Shown here: one piece after another, positions 9,407-18,622 of the stretch
Layout: every line of letters starts with the position of its first letter
How positions within the stretch are numbered: position 1 is the first letter of the stretch
NCBI GenBank assembly: GCA_028686985.1
Contig: JAQUBA010000001.1
Location: 81,194-145,193 of the forward strand
Origin: Candidatus Iainarchaeum sp.
GTDB lineage: Archaea > Micrarchaeota > Micrarchaeia > Anstonellales > Bilamarchaeaceae
DNA: 64,000 bases
Reading direction: 5' to 3'
The notes under the pieces: generated by a model
The model's database searches: none
Seen by the model: the letters and a program-made list of their open reading frames with translations, nothing else
What the model was told of the DNA's origin: nothing
Translations under genes and position numbers: made by a program

Positions 9407-10375
9407 GTGATAGGGTGCGGTTCCATAGGGAGGAGGCACATCAAGAACCTCCTGTCGCTCGGCGCGAATGTGGTGGCGAGCGACGTGATGGCAGAGAACA
9501 GGGAATGGGTCAAGCAGAACCTTGGCGTGCGCGTGTTTGAGAAAACGGAGGATGCGCTCGCGGAGAAGCCGGACGCGGCCCTGGTCTGCACCCCGCCAAG
9601 CACCCACCTGCCGCTCGCGAAGCTGGCGCTGGAAGCCGGCTGCCACGTTTTCGTGGAGAAGCCCCTGTCCCACAACCTTTCCGGCATAAAGGACATTGCA
9701 AAGCTTGCATCGCGCAAAAAGCTCATCGTCGCTGTCGGCTACAACATGAGGTTCAACAGGAGCCTCGCGAAGGTTAAGGAGATGGTTGCGCAAGGCGCGA
9801 TAGGCAAGCCCCTCTCCGCGCGCCTAATATTCGGCCAGTACCTTCCCGCCTGGAGGCCGTGGCAGGACTACAGGAAGAGCTACACCGCGAGCAAGAGCCT
9901 GGGCGGCGGAATAATCCTGGACGGCTCGCACGAGATAGACTACGCCCGCTGGCTTTTCGGGGAGGCGAGCGAGATAGAATGCATGGCCAAGAAGGTCAGC
10001 AGCCTTGAAGTGGAAACCGAGGACGTCGCAGAGATGAACATAATGTTCGGGGGCGGCGCAATCGTGAATATCCACCTGGACTTCATAAGGCAGGATTATG
10101 CGAGGAAGTGCGAAATCGTAGGCGAGAAGGGCACCATCTCCTGGGACTATTCAAAGGGTTCGGTCGTGCTTTACGATGCGGATAAGAAGGCAACCGAAGT
10201 TTTAGACTTAAGCGACGACCCGAACGCGATGTACGTGGATGAGATGAAGCACTTCATGGAATGCGTAAAAGGAGGCAAGAAGCCCCTCGTCAGCCTTGAA
10301 GAGGGGGAAAAATCCCTCGCCCTCGCGCTGAAGGCAAAGGAATCCGCGGAGAGCGGCAGGACAATCAGGGTTTAG
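9407..10375 (+). CDS. Gfo/Idh/MocA-family NAD-dependent sugar oxidoreductase (WbpB-like)
   Basis: GCGSIGRRHIKNL Rossmann motif and EKPL motif. GTG start; an in-frame TGA lies 24 nt upstream. Confidence 0.75.
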   Translation: MIGCGSIGRRHIKNLLSLGANVVASDVMAENREWVKQNLGVRVFEKTEDALAEKPDAALVCTPPSTHLPLAKLALEAGCHVFVEKPLSHNLSGIKDIAKLASRKKLIVAVGYNMRFNRSLAKVKEMVAQGAIGKPLSARLIFGQYLPAWRPWQDYRKSYTASKSLGGGIILDGSHEIDYARWLFGEASEIECMAKKVSSLEVETEDVAEMNIMFGGGAIVNIHLDFIRQDYARKCEIVGEKGTISWDYSKGSVVLYDADKKATEVLDLSDDPNAMYVDEMKHFMECVKGGKKPLVSLEEGEKSLALALKAKESAESGRTIRV

Positions 10376-10390
10376 TTGCCCACTCCCAGA

Positions 10391-11416
10391 TCAGGATTTG
10401 GCCAGGATGATGGTTGCCGTATTCACTATGCTGCCATACTGTGAAGACTCCATGCCAATAATCTCAAATCCGGCCTGCTGCAGCTTCTCCTTTATGCTGC
10501 TCGGGTATTTGCCGAGCCGGTTGTGCGCCTTGGCGAAGATGTCCTGGTATTCATAGACCGGCTCCATTATCACGATGTGCTTCGCAACTCGGCGCAGCTC
10601 CCTAATCATCTTGACCAGCGATTCCCCGTCCCCGAACCGCTCCATCACGTGCACGGTCATCGCCAGGTCAAAGGACTTGTCCCCGAAGGGCAGGTTCATC
10701 CCGTCCCCGCAGCAAACCGGTATGTTTCCATCTATTATTGCCCTGCCAGCCCTGAGCCTGTTTATGTTGTAGTCCAGCCCCATGAGCGATGCAGCAGGAT
10801 ATTCCTTCTTCATGAGTGAAAGGTTGGATAAAAAGCCGCAGCCGACCTCCAGGATTGAGCCCGGATTTATGCCCTGCTTCCGCAGCATGCCCGCAACCAC
10901 CCCGATTACAATTCCACGGTATGTCCAGTCGTCCATGGACATTGGCTTGCCGTGGATGATGCGGACGGAGTTCTGCTTCAGGGAGAGTATTTCCTCGTCC
11001 GTGCCGCCCAGCCCGCCATATGCTTCCCGCTCATGGCTCTTGACCTGGCTTTCGGAGGCCTTGAAGCTGCCCGGCCTTCCCACATTCAGCAGGAAGGGTG
11101 GGCGGATGCTCAGCGCGAGCCCGATGCTGTTTATGCCGACATAATTCATGGCGTTGAGCATCTTCAGCCCATAGACATTCTTTGCCCACTCCTTGGCGCT
11201 GAGTTTCCTCGGAGCGCCGGCTGGAGGAATGCCCTCGTACTGTTTTTTCAGTTTTTCAATCTCTGATGCGGGCAGCGCCAGCACGTCTTTCCGGGCTGCC
11301 GCGAACTCCTCGTCCGTGAGAAACACCGGAATGCCGTCCAGCTCATGCTTTGCTTTCAATTCCACTACCGCACCCCCTCTTCCAGGAACCTCATCGTCTT
11401 GTTGTGGTAATTCCAA
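10391..11416 (-). CDS. Class I SAM-dependent methyltransferase with an N-terminal extension of about 170 aa of unknown function
   Basis: ILEVGCGFLSN (motif I), DKSFDLAMTVHVMERF. The track start is a TTG overlapping the upstream gene by 52 nt; GTG at 11365 (TAGTG overlap) is an alternative start. Confidence 0.7.
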   Translation of the reverse strand: MELPQQDDEVPGRGGAVVELKAKHELDGIPVFLTDEEFAAARKDVLALPASEIEKLKKQYEGIPPAGAPRKLSAKEWAKNVYGLKMLNAMNYVGINSIGLALSIRPPFLLNVGRPGSFKASESQVKSHEREAYGGLGGTDEEILSLKQNSVRIIHGKPMSMDDWTYRGIVIGVVAGMLRKQGINPGSILEVGCGFLSNLSLMKKEYPAASLMGLDYNINRLRAGRAIIDGNIPVCCGDGMNLPFGDKSFDLAMTVHVMERFGDGESLVKMIRELRRVAKHIVIMEPVYEYQDIFAKAHNRLGKYPSSIKEKLQQAGFEIIGMESSQYGSIVNTATIILAKS

Positions 11417-12183
11417 TAATGGAGGACCTTCCCTTTCCGCGGCTTTTTCGCGTACCTCCCCTCTACCGGCCTCAGCCTGAACGCGCCTGGCTGCTCCCCA
11501 AGCCGTTTCGCAACCACCAGAATCACGAAATCCATCGTAAGAAGTTCCATGCCTGACTTTTCCCTGAACCTTTCCGCCATTTCCCTGAGCTGCGGATACG
11601 CCTTTCCGAACAGGTCCGCCCGCATCGCGTTGAAGCCGGGGCAGAACTGCGGAATGGAAACGCCAAGGAACCTTTTGCTCTCGTTTTTGCCAACGAACTC
11701 GTTAAAGAGCCTGGCGGCGATTCCGTTCCCCCCGCCCGACGGTAGGTAGCCCACCGTCACCTTCCTTTTTCCATCCATTATCGGCTTCACCAGCATTCCG
11801 ATGTCCTCGGGCTGGTGCTCCAAATCCGAATCCATCCTAATCATAATCGTCCTTTCCGGGGGGAGGCCCTTCTCCTTAAGGATTTTCACAGCTTCCTCCA
11901 TGCCCCTGAAGAGCGCCTTCACGGGCCCGCCGTTCTCCCCCATGTCAATAACATGGAGGAAGCCCGCCTCCTTGCCGAGCCGACCCAGCGCAGCCATCGT
12001 CCCGTCCCTGCTCCCGTCATTTACTATTATCATTGAATCTATCGATGCGCCAATCCTGCCCAGCCCATCCCCCGCCTTCTTCGTCCTGCGGACCAGTTCC
12101 TCCACTGTCGCTTCCGCATTGAACGCAGGCACGTAGATTATGATGTGCCATCCAGCTTCTTTTCCGCCCTTTTTACCCTTCAT
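11365..12183 (-). CDS. Glycosyltransferase family 2
   Basis: IIIYVPAFNAEATV...IVNDGSRDGT...RMDSDLEHQP. Confidence 0.8.
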   Translation of the reverse strand: MKGKKGGKEAGWHIIIYVPAFNAEATVEELVRRTKKAGDGLGRIGASIDSMIIVNDGSRDGTMAALGRLGKEAGFLHVIDMGENGGPVKALFRGMEEAVKILKEKGLPPERTIMIRMDSDLEHQPEDIGMLVKPIMDGKRKVTVGYLPSGGGNGIAARLFNEFVGKNESKRFLGVSIPQFCPGFNAMRADLFGKAYPQLREMAERFREKSGMELLTMDFVILVVAKRLGEQPGAFRLRPVEGRYAKKPRKGKVLHYWNYHNKTMRFLEEGVR

Positions 12184-12715
12184 TCAGCTTCCCCATCAGC
12201 ACGTGGTCCACGTATTTCCCGCCGCAAAGGAATTTCCTCTTCAGCAGGCCCTCGCGGGCGTACCCCGCCTTTTCGAACGCCCTGAGGGATGCGACATTGT
12301 TGTCGTAGAGCCCCGCAACCATCTTGTGCACGCCAAGTTTCTTGAACGCATAATCCGTCGCCAGCGTTATCGCCTCGCTCCCGTATCCCTTTCCCCACAC
12401 GCCCCTCTCGCCTATCATTATACCGACTTCTGCGAACTTGTGGTGCCCGTTCACGGGGCCGACCTTTATGTTGCCTATGTGCTTCCCGCCCTCCAGCAGC
12501 ATTATCGCGAACAGGTGGTTGGCAGGGTCGCCGTGCATCTTCCCCACGTACTCCCTAACCTTCTCCACGGTGTGCGGCACGTCAAACCTTGCTTCCATGT
12601 ATTTGTTTATCTCCGGGTCGTTGAGCCACCCGACATAAGCCGCGCCCACCATCTCCGGCTTCAGGTAAGCGAGATAAACGTTTTTTCCCTCCGCGACCTT
12701 CCCTTCCTGTTTCAT
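12173..12715 (-). CDS. GNAT-family N-acetyltransferase (RimJ/RimL-like)
   Basis: GIMIGERGVWGKGYGSEAITLATDYAF.KLGVHK...NNVASLRAFEKAGY is the acetyl-CoA binding motif A. Confidence 0.8.
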   Translation of the reverse strand: MKQEGKVAEGKNVYLAYLKPEMVGAAYVGWLNDPEINKYMEARFDVPHTVEKVREYVGKMHGDPANHLFAIMLLEGGKHIGNIKVGPVNGHHKFAEVGIMIGERGVWGKGYGSEAITLATDYAFKKLGVHKMVAGLYDNNVASLRAFEKAGYAREGLLKRKFLCGGKYVDHVLMGKLNEG

Positions 12716-12719
12716 GCGA

Positions 12720-13499
12720 TTACCTCAGCTCCATGGAGCGCACGTCCAATCCTGCCTCCTTCATATATGTGCGCGCCTTTATTATGCTCTGGTCAGTAAA
12801 ATGGAAAATGCTTGCGGCAGAGACCGCGGACGCATGCCCCCTCACTATCCCATCCACTAGGTCCTGCAGCGAGCCGACGCCCCCTGACGCTATGACCGGC
12901 ACCTCCACAGTATCCGCGACCATCCTTATCAGCCCGAGGTCGTATCCCTTCCTCGTGCCCTCCTGGTCTATTGATGTGAGGAGGATTTCTCCCGCCCCCT
13001 GCGCCACCGCCTCCTTCGCCCATTCCACCGGCCCGATGCCCCGCGCCTTGGTCCCGCAGTCGCTGAACACCTCGTATTCCCCATCCACGCGCTTCCTAAC
13101 ATCTATTGATGCCACGATGCACTGGTTGCCGAAGACCTCCGCCGCCTCGTTTATGAATTCCGGCCTGTCCAGCGCCGCGGTGTTTATGGAGACCTTGTCC
13201 GCGCCAACCAGCAGGAGCTTCCTTATGTCCTCTATGCTCCTTATCCCTCCCCCAACGCAGAGGGGCATGAAGCATGCCTCCGCCGTTTTTGAGACGATGT
13301 CAAAGAGTATGCTCCTCTTCTCCGTTGATGCGGTTATGTCTAGGAAGAGCAGCTCGTCCGCGCCCTGCGCGTCGTATATCTTCGCGGCTGTGACGGGGTT
13401 ACCGGTGTCCCGGAAATCCCTGAATTTCACCCCCTTGACGCACCTGCCCTCCCGCAGGAGCAAGGACGGTATTATCCTGACCTTCAGCATAAGCCCCAC
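12720..13499 (-). CDS. HisF-like cyclase subunit (WbuZ-type imidazole-glycerol-phosphate-synthase paralogue)
   Basis: [41 protein letters not shown]; in a sugar cluster, not a his operon. Confidence 0.85.
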   Translation of the reverse strand: MGLMLKVRIIPSLLLREGRCVKGVKFRDFRDTGNPVTAAKIYDAQGADELLFLDITASTEKRSILFDIVSKTAEACFMPLCVGGGIRSIEDIRKLLLVGADKVSINTAALDRPEFINEAAEVFGNQCIVASIDVRKRVDGEYEVFSDCGTKARGIGPVEWAKEAVAQGAGEILLTSIDQEGTRKGYDLGLIRMVADTVEVPVIASGGVGSLQDLVDGIVRGHASAVSAASIFHFTDQSIIKARTYMKEAGLDVRSMELR

Positions 13500-13500
13500 A

Positions 13501-14118
13501 TCACAGTTGCATATCCATATAATTCTCCAGCACCCGCAGCCCCGCCTCCTGGCTCTTTTCAGGGTGGAACTGCGTTCCGAAGATGTTCCCGCGCCTCACC
13601 GCCGCGGCGAACTCATGCCCATAATCGCACACCGCGGAAACGTCCTTCTTGTCATCGCAAACCATATGATAACTATGCACGAAATAAAAGCAGGTCCCGT
13701 CCTTCAGCCCCTTGAACAGCGGGTTCTCACCGATGAACCGCACCTCGTTCCACCCCACGTGCGGGACCTTCAGCCCCTGCGCCTCCAGCTCAAATTTCGC
13801 CACCTTCCCGCCTATGAAGCCCAGCCCCGTGTTCCTGCCGCGCTCAAAACCCTCCCGCGCCAGCAGCTGCATCCCAAGGCATATTCCCAGCAGCGGCTTT
13901 TTCTTCCCGAGCACTTCCCCCTCCAAGAACTTGTCCAGCTCTATCCTCCTGAGGTTGGCCATCCCGTCCCCGAAAGCGCCCACCCCGGGCAGGACAAGCT
14001 TCTCCGCGGCCCGGAGTTCCTCCGGCTTCCCGCTCACAATAACTTCCGCTCCCAGGAGCTCAAACGCCTTGGCCACAGAGCGCAGGTTCCCCATCCCGTA
14101 ATCCACTATGCCTATCAT
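13501..14118 (-). CDS. HisH-like glutamine amidotransferase subunit (WbuY-type)
   Basis: [23 protein letters not shown] (catalytic Cys), [10 protein letters not shown]. Confidence 0.85.
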   Translation of the reverse strand: MIGIVDYGMGNLRSVAKAFELLGAEVIVSGKPEELRAAEKLVLPGVGAFGDGMANLRRIELDKFLEGEVLGKKKPLLGICLGMQLLAREGFERGRNTGLGFIGGKVAKFELEAQGLKVPHVGWNEVRFIGENPLFKGLKDGTCFYFVHSYHMVCDDKKDVSAVCDYGHEFAAAVRRGNIFGTQFHPEKSQEAGLRVLENYMDMQL

Positions 14119-15278
14119 TTTGTCCTATCCCACTTTCCCATGTCGGGGAGCGGCTCGCCCCCCTTCACCTTTGACGGGTCGTGCTTGTGTGGGGCGACCA
14201 CGTGGCTCAGCGCAATCTCCATGAACTCCCCCTCCGTTATCCCAAGGTATTCCAGGAACACGTCAAGGCTCGCCGGGCGCTTCCCATCGTATTTCGCAAT
14301 AAGCTCGCGCGCCTTCTCCTGGCTTATCCTGCCGTTGCGCAGGTCCAGGCTCATGAGGTGTGCGGTCCTGCCGAAGCCGCGCTTTATGTACTTCAGGTAG
14401 TCCCTCACCCCCTCAAACATGCACTCCACCTTCTCGTAATAGTATTCCGGGGGCACGCCCTCCACAGTGTTGCCCATCCACCCCAATTCCTTCTTGATCA
14501 GCTCGGAGTTCTTCTTCGGGTCCCAGGGGATGTAGCTCCCCAGGCACACGGAGCGGTATTTTATCGCCTTCAGCTCTTTCAATGATGGATACGTGAAGGG
14601 TTTTAGGTCCCGCATCGTCACCCCCTTCACCATGCCTACCATGTCCTCGGCGGTTATGCCAAGGTTTACGAAGCGGTTGAACCTCTTCTCGTCCACCTCT
14701 TCCTTTTCATCATATCCGTAATAGCTCGTGTATTCCGCGCTCGGCTCGCCCCAAAAGACCAGGGGCACGTTGAACTTTATCGCCACGTGCATGGGGTATG
14801 CGAAAATCCCGGTGTGGCAATGCCAGCAGAAATCGCCCTTGCGCTTCAGCGACTCAAGCATCACCTTCTTCACCACCTTCCAGCTGGGGGTAAAGGAATG
14901 GTAGTCCACGCCGAGCGTCTTCATCGTCCTTTTCGTGTTCTCCAGCGTCTGCGGCCTGAGGAACCCATGGTCAAAGGTGACCACCAGCGGCTTCACGCCG
15001 TAATCCTTAACCAGCTTGTAAACAGTATATGTGCTGTCCTTCCCGCCGCTGTACGGGATTATGCAGTCATAATCGTACTTTCCCCTATACCCATCAATGA
15101 GCGCCCGAAGCTCCTCCTCCCTAGCCGCCCAATCAATTTTAGTCTTCTTGAACTCCACCTGCCTGCAGACGTTGCACACCCCCTCCTTGTCATATGTGAT
15201 GGTCTCCTGCGTCTCAGGAAGGAGGCATCTTGAGCAGTGCCTCACGCTGCATGTGGAGCAATCTGATTGAACCGCCAT
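14115..15278 (-). CDS. N-acetyl sugar amidotransferase (PP-loop; PseA/WbpG/WbuX family)
   Basis: N-terminal Zn ribbon CSRCLLP...CNVC; PP-loop IIPYSGGKDSTY. ATGA overlap with the HisH-like gene. Confidence 0.8.
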   Translation of the reverse strand: MAVQSDCSTCSVRHCSRCLLPETQETITYDKEGVCNVCRQVEFKKTKIDWAAREEELRALIDGYRGKYDYDCIIPYSGGKDSTYTVYKLVKDYGVKPLVVTFDHGFLRPQTLENTKRTMKTLGVDYHSFTPSWKVVKKVMLESLKRKGDFCWHCHTGIFAYPMHVAIKFNVPLVFWGEPSAEYTSYYGYDEKEEVDEKRFNRFVNLGITAEDMVGMVKGVTMRDLKPFTYPSLKELKAIKYRSVCLGSYIPWDPKKNSELIKKELGWMGNTVEGVPPEYYYEKVECMFEGVRDYLKYIKRGFGRTAHLMSLDLRNGRISQEKARELIAKYDGKRPASLDVFLEYLGITEGEFMEIALSHVVAPHKHDPSKVKGGEPLPDMGKWDRTK

Positions 15279-15362
15279 ATTATCTTCTTTTTACTTCCCA
15301 GCAATAGTATAAAAGCTTTTAGCCGCCGTTTTAAACCAGGGCATTCAAAGCAAAGTGTTTCC

Positions 15363-16385
15363 ATGGACTTCAAATGGGATGAGATACGAAAAAGGACGCT
15401 CGCGGTCTTCTCCGGGCCCCACTGGGTGCACGAGAGGTTCGCATCCGTGGTCGCGGAGAGCAGCATGGTTGTCCCCTCCCGCGCCTCCAAAAGGCAGTCC
15501 GCACCCTCCAAGGCCCTTAACCTTCTAAGATCCGCCTCTTCAATCCCTGGCGGCTACGACATCTATTTCTGCGAAGCATGTTATTATTACCCGGCAATCG
15601 CCAAGCGGCTCCATAGGATAAACGGCAAAATTATCAACCTCTGCGGCTCCCCGCTCTTCTACAACATATGGAAGGGCATAATGGGCAAGGCGGAGTCCCG
15701 CGTGCTCCTGGAGCTGTTCAAGTCCGTGGACGGCATGGTGCTGGAGGGGAATTACACAAAGGAGGCCCTTTCCGCCCTCCACCTCAGGGTCCCGACCGTG
15801 ACCTCCTACACCTACATAAAGCCAGGCAGGTATGAGGCGCTCGCAGGGATGAAGGCGGACCTCGGCACGAAGAACATCGCGATAACCGCCACCAACGACA
15901 TAGAATACAAGGGCGTGGACCTGCTCCTGAAGGCGATGCCCCTCATAAACGAGCAGGACCCCGCCATAAAACTAAGGATAATCCACCGCAACCTGGACAT
16001 GGATAAGATAAGGCACCTCCTCACCCCGAACGTGGGCCTGGAGGAGGACGTGGAGAAGGCGTTCCGCACCACTTCCCTCTACGTGCATCCCTCCCGTGGC
16101 GACGTTTTCCCCATAGCCCCGCTTGAGGCGATGCTCGCGGGCATCCCCACCATGGTCTCCACGGACACGGGCACGAAGGAGTTCGTGGAAAAGGTGGACA
16201 AAAAGCATGTGCTCCCGCTTGAGCCAGAAGCAATCGCAGGCGCCGTTCTCAATTATTTTTCCTCCACCGAAAAACAGAGGAGGGGGCTCTCCGCGGAATT
16301 CCGGGAGCAGGCTCTCCAGTTCAACGAAAAGGAGCAGCTCGGCAGGCTGGAGCGGGAATACAAGGAACTCCTCAGGTCCATCTAG
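15363..16385 (+). CDS. Glycosyltransferase family 4 (GT-B)
   Basis: Internal ATG chosen (MDFKWDE...). YVHPSRGDVFPIAPLEAMLAGIPTMVSTDTG is an EX7E-type motif. TATAAAAG box at about 15312. Confidence 0.75.
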   Translation: MDFKWDEIRKRTLAVFSGPHWVHERFASVVAESSMVVPSRASKRQSAPSKALNLLRSASSIPGGYDIYFCEACYYYPAIAKRLHRINGKIINLCGSPLFYNIWKGIMGKAESRVLLELFKSVDGMVLEGNYTKEALSALHLRVPTVTSYTYIKPGRYEALAGMKADLGTKNIAITATNDIEYKGVDLLLKAMPLINEQDPAIKLRIIHRNLDMDKIRHLLTPNVGLEEDVEKAFRTTSLYVHPSRGDVFPIAPLEAMLAGIPTMVSTDTGTKEFVEKVDKKHVLPLEPEAIAGAVLNYFSSTEKQRRGLSAEFREQALQFNEKEQLGRLEREYKELLRSI

Positions 16386-16465
16386 GCCTCCCGTCCGAAG
16401 AAGCATGGTTTTTAAATTTGCGATGCATACAATAAAACAAGGATTTGTGGGCAGGTGTATTGTAG

Positions 16466-17473
16466 ATGCAGGATTCTGTCACTGATACGTTCAACGGCAA
16501 GCTCGTGCTGATAACGGGCGGGACCGGCTCATTCGGCCAGAAATTCACCGAGTTGGTGCTGAAGAAGGCGCAGCCGAAGGCGGTCAGGATATACTCAAGG
16601 AACGAGCTCAAGCAGGTTGAGATGGAGCGCAAGCTGAGCCAGGAGGACTGGCTGAGGGCAAGGTTCTTCATAGGCGACGTGCGCGATTCAAGGAGATTGT
16701 ACCGCGCGATGGAGGGCGCCGACATAGTCATCCACGCAGCGGCCCTGAAGCACGTCCCGGTCTGCGAATACAACCCGCTTGAGGCGGTAGACACCAACAT
16801 AAACGGGGCGAGGAACGTCATAGACGCCGCCCTGGACACGGGCGTAGGCAAGGTGCTCGCACTTAGCACGGACAAGGCGGTGCAGCCCGTAAACCTTTAC
16901 GGCGCAACCAAGCTCGTCGCGGAGAAGCTTTTCGTCCAGGCGAACGCATATTCCGGGCAGAAGAAGACCCGGTTCGCCTGCGTCCGTTACGGAAACGTCA
17001 TGGGGAGCAGCGGGAGCGTCGTGCCCCTCTTCTTCAGGCAGAAGGAGTCCGGCGAGGTCACCATAACAGATGAGAGGATGACCCGCTTCTGGATAACCCT
17101 TGAGCAGGGCGTTGATTTCGTGATGAAATCCATAAGCCGCATGAAGGGAGGCGAGATATTCGTGCCCAAGATACCGAGCACGAAGGTCACCGACCTCGCG
17201 GACGTGATTGCCCCAGGCGCCCGCAGGAAGGTGATAGGGATAAGGCCGGGCGAGAAGCTCCACGAGATACTCCTGACCGCGGACGAGGCGAGGCACGCGA
17301 GGGAGTTTCCGGATCACTTCGTCATAGAGCCTGAGCACCGCTTCTGGAAGTCGGAAAACCACATGGAGGGCAAGAAGCTCAGCGGGGATTTCAGCTATTC
17401 CAGCGACAACAATCCCGTCTGGCTCAGCAACGAGCAGATAGCGGGCATGCTTAAGGCGCAGGGCTTCCTGTGA
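16466..17473 (+). CDS. pseB: UDP-N-acetylglucosamine 4,6-dehydratase (inverting), PseB/FlaA1 type
   Basis: KLVLITGGTGSFGQKF, LSTDKAVQPVNLYGATKLVAEK, RYGNVMGSSGSV. Confidence 0.85.
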   Translation: MQDSVTDTFNGKLVLITGGTGSFGQKFTELVLKKAQPKAVRIYSRNELKQVEMERKLSQEDWLRARFFIGDVRDSRRLYRAMEGADIVIHAAALKHVPVCEYNPLEAVDTNINGARNVIDAALDTGVGKVLALSTDKAVQPVNLYGATKLVAEKLFVQANAYSGQKKTRFACVRYGNVMGSSGSVVPLFFRQKESGEVTITDERMTRFWITLEQGVDFVMKSISRMKGGEIFVPKIPSTKVTDLADVIAPGARRKVIGIRPGEKLHEILLTADEARHAREFPDHFVIEPEHRFWKSENHMEGKKLSGDFSYSSDNNPVWLSNEQIAGMLKAQGFL

Positions 17474-17487
17474 GGGGCCGCGGTGTG

Positions 17488-18621
17488 ATGATGCCGAACG
17501 AAAAAATACCCTACGGCAAGCAGGACATCTCAGAAGAGGACGTGGAAGCCGTGGTGGAGGTGCTCAGGAGCGACCGCCTGACCACCGGGCCGAAGGTGGA
17601 ACTTTTTGAGAAGGGCCTCTGCGATTACGTGGGCGCATCCCACGCGGTGGCCGTGAATTCCGGCACATCCGCCCTTGACATCGCGGCCGGCGCCTTGGAA
17701 CTCACCCCCGGCAGCGAGATTATCACCACCCCCTTCACGTTCGCAGCCAGCTCCAACTGCATCCTCTACAATAATTGCAAACCGGTTTTCGCTGACATAG
17801 ACCCGAAGACCTACAACATTGACCCTGCACAGATAAGGAAGAAAATCACCAGGAAGACGAAGGCGATTATATATGTGGATTATGCGGGGCAGCCCTGCGA
17901 CATAAAGGAGATAAAGGAAATAGCAGATGAGCACGATTTGTCCCTCATAGAGGACGCCTGCCACGCCCTCGGGGCGGAGTACGGCGGGAAGAGGGTGGGC
18001 TCGTTCGCGGACATGACTGTGTTCAGCTTCCATCCGGTAAAGCACATAACCACCGGAGAGGGGGGCGCGGTCGCCACCGATGACGAAGGGCTCCACCACA
18101 AGCTAAAGCTCCTCCGCAACCACGGCATAGACAAGGCGCCGGGCGAGCGCACGGGCTACACATACGACATGAAGATGCTCGGCAGGAATTACAGGATTAC
18201 CGATTTCCAGTGCGCGCTTGGACTCTCGCAGCTGAAGCGCATAGAAGGGTTCCTCAGCAACAGGAACCGGATAGCGAAAATTTACGGCGAGGAATTCGGC
18301 AAGCTGAAGGAGCTGACGGTCCCATACGTGAAGAAGGGCGTAAGGCACGCCTGGCACCTTTACACAATTCTATTGGATAAAAGGATAAGCCGCGACAGGT
18401 TCTTTGAATGCATGAGGGGCCGCGGCATAGGCGTGAACGTCCATTACATCCCAATTTACAGGTTCAGCTATTACAAGCAGTTCGGAATCCGGCCCGAGGG
18501 CTACCCGGTGACCGAGGACGTCTATTCAAGGACGGTGACCCTGCCCCTATTCCCGAAAATGGGCGACGGGGACGCGGAGATGGTAATCTCCGCGGTCAAG
18601 GGCTGCCTCGGGGGGCATTGA
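17488..18621 (+). CDS. pseC: UDP-4-amino-4,6-dideoxy-N-acetyl-beta-L-altrosamine transaminase-like (DegT family)
   Basis: IPYGKQDISEED, FSFHPVKHITTGEGG. Directly follows pseB; ATG at 17488 preferred over the GTG at 17470. Confidence 0.8.
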   Translation: MMPNEKIPYGKQDISEEDVEAVVEVLRSDRLTTGPKVELFEKGLCDYVGASHAVAVNSGTSALDIAAGALELTPGSEIITTPFTFAASSNCILYNNCKPVFADIDPKTYNIDPAQIRKKITRKTKAIIYVDYAGQPCDIKEIKEIADEHDLSLIEDACHALGAEYGGKRVGSFADMTVFSFHPVKHITTGEGGAVATDDEGLHHKLKLLRNHGIDKAPGERTGYTYDMKMLGRNYRITDFQCALGLSQLKRIEGFLSNRNRIAKIYGEEFGKLKELTVPYVKKGVRHAWHLYTILLDKRISRDRFFECMRGRGIGVNVHYIPIYRFSYYKQFGIRPEGYPVTEDVYSRTVTLPLFPKMGDGDAEMVISAVKGCLGGH

Positions 18622-18622
18622 G

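Noticed and set aside
12733-14400. A very long (555-aa) plus-strand ORF, and similar long ORFs in the track: 7490..8365(-), 8462..9793(-), 5725..6501(-), 18632..19399(-), 19018..19923(-), 23049..23945(-), 32319..33341(+), 46352..47674(+), 48867..49784(+), 36..641(+).
   Set aside because: All lie antisense to ORFs with clear enzyme motifs. Their translations are Pro/Arg/Ser/Leu-rich low-complexity strings, typical of shadow ORFs in GC-rich DNA.
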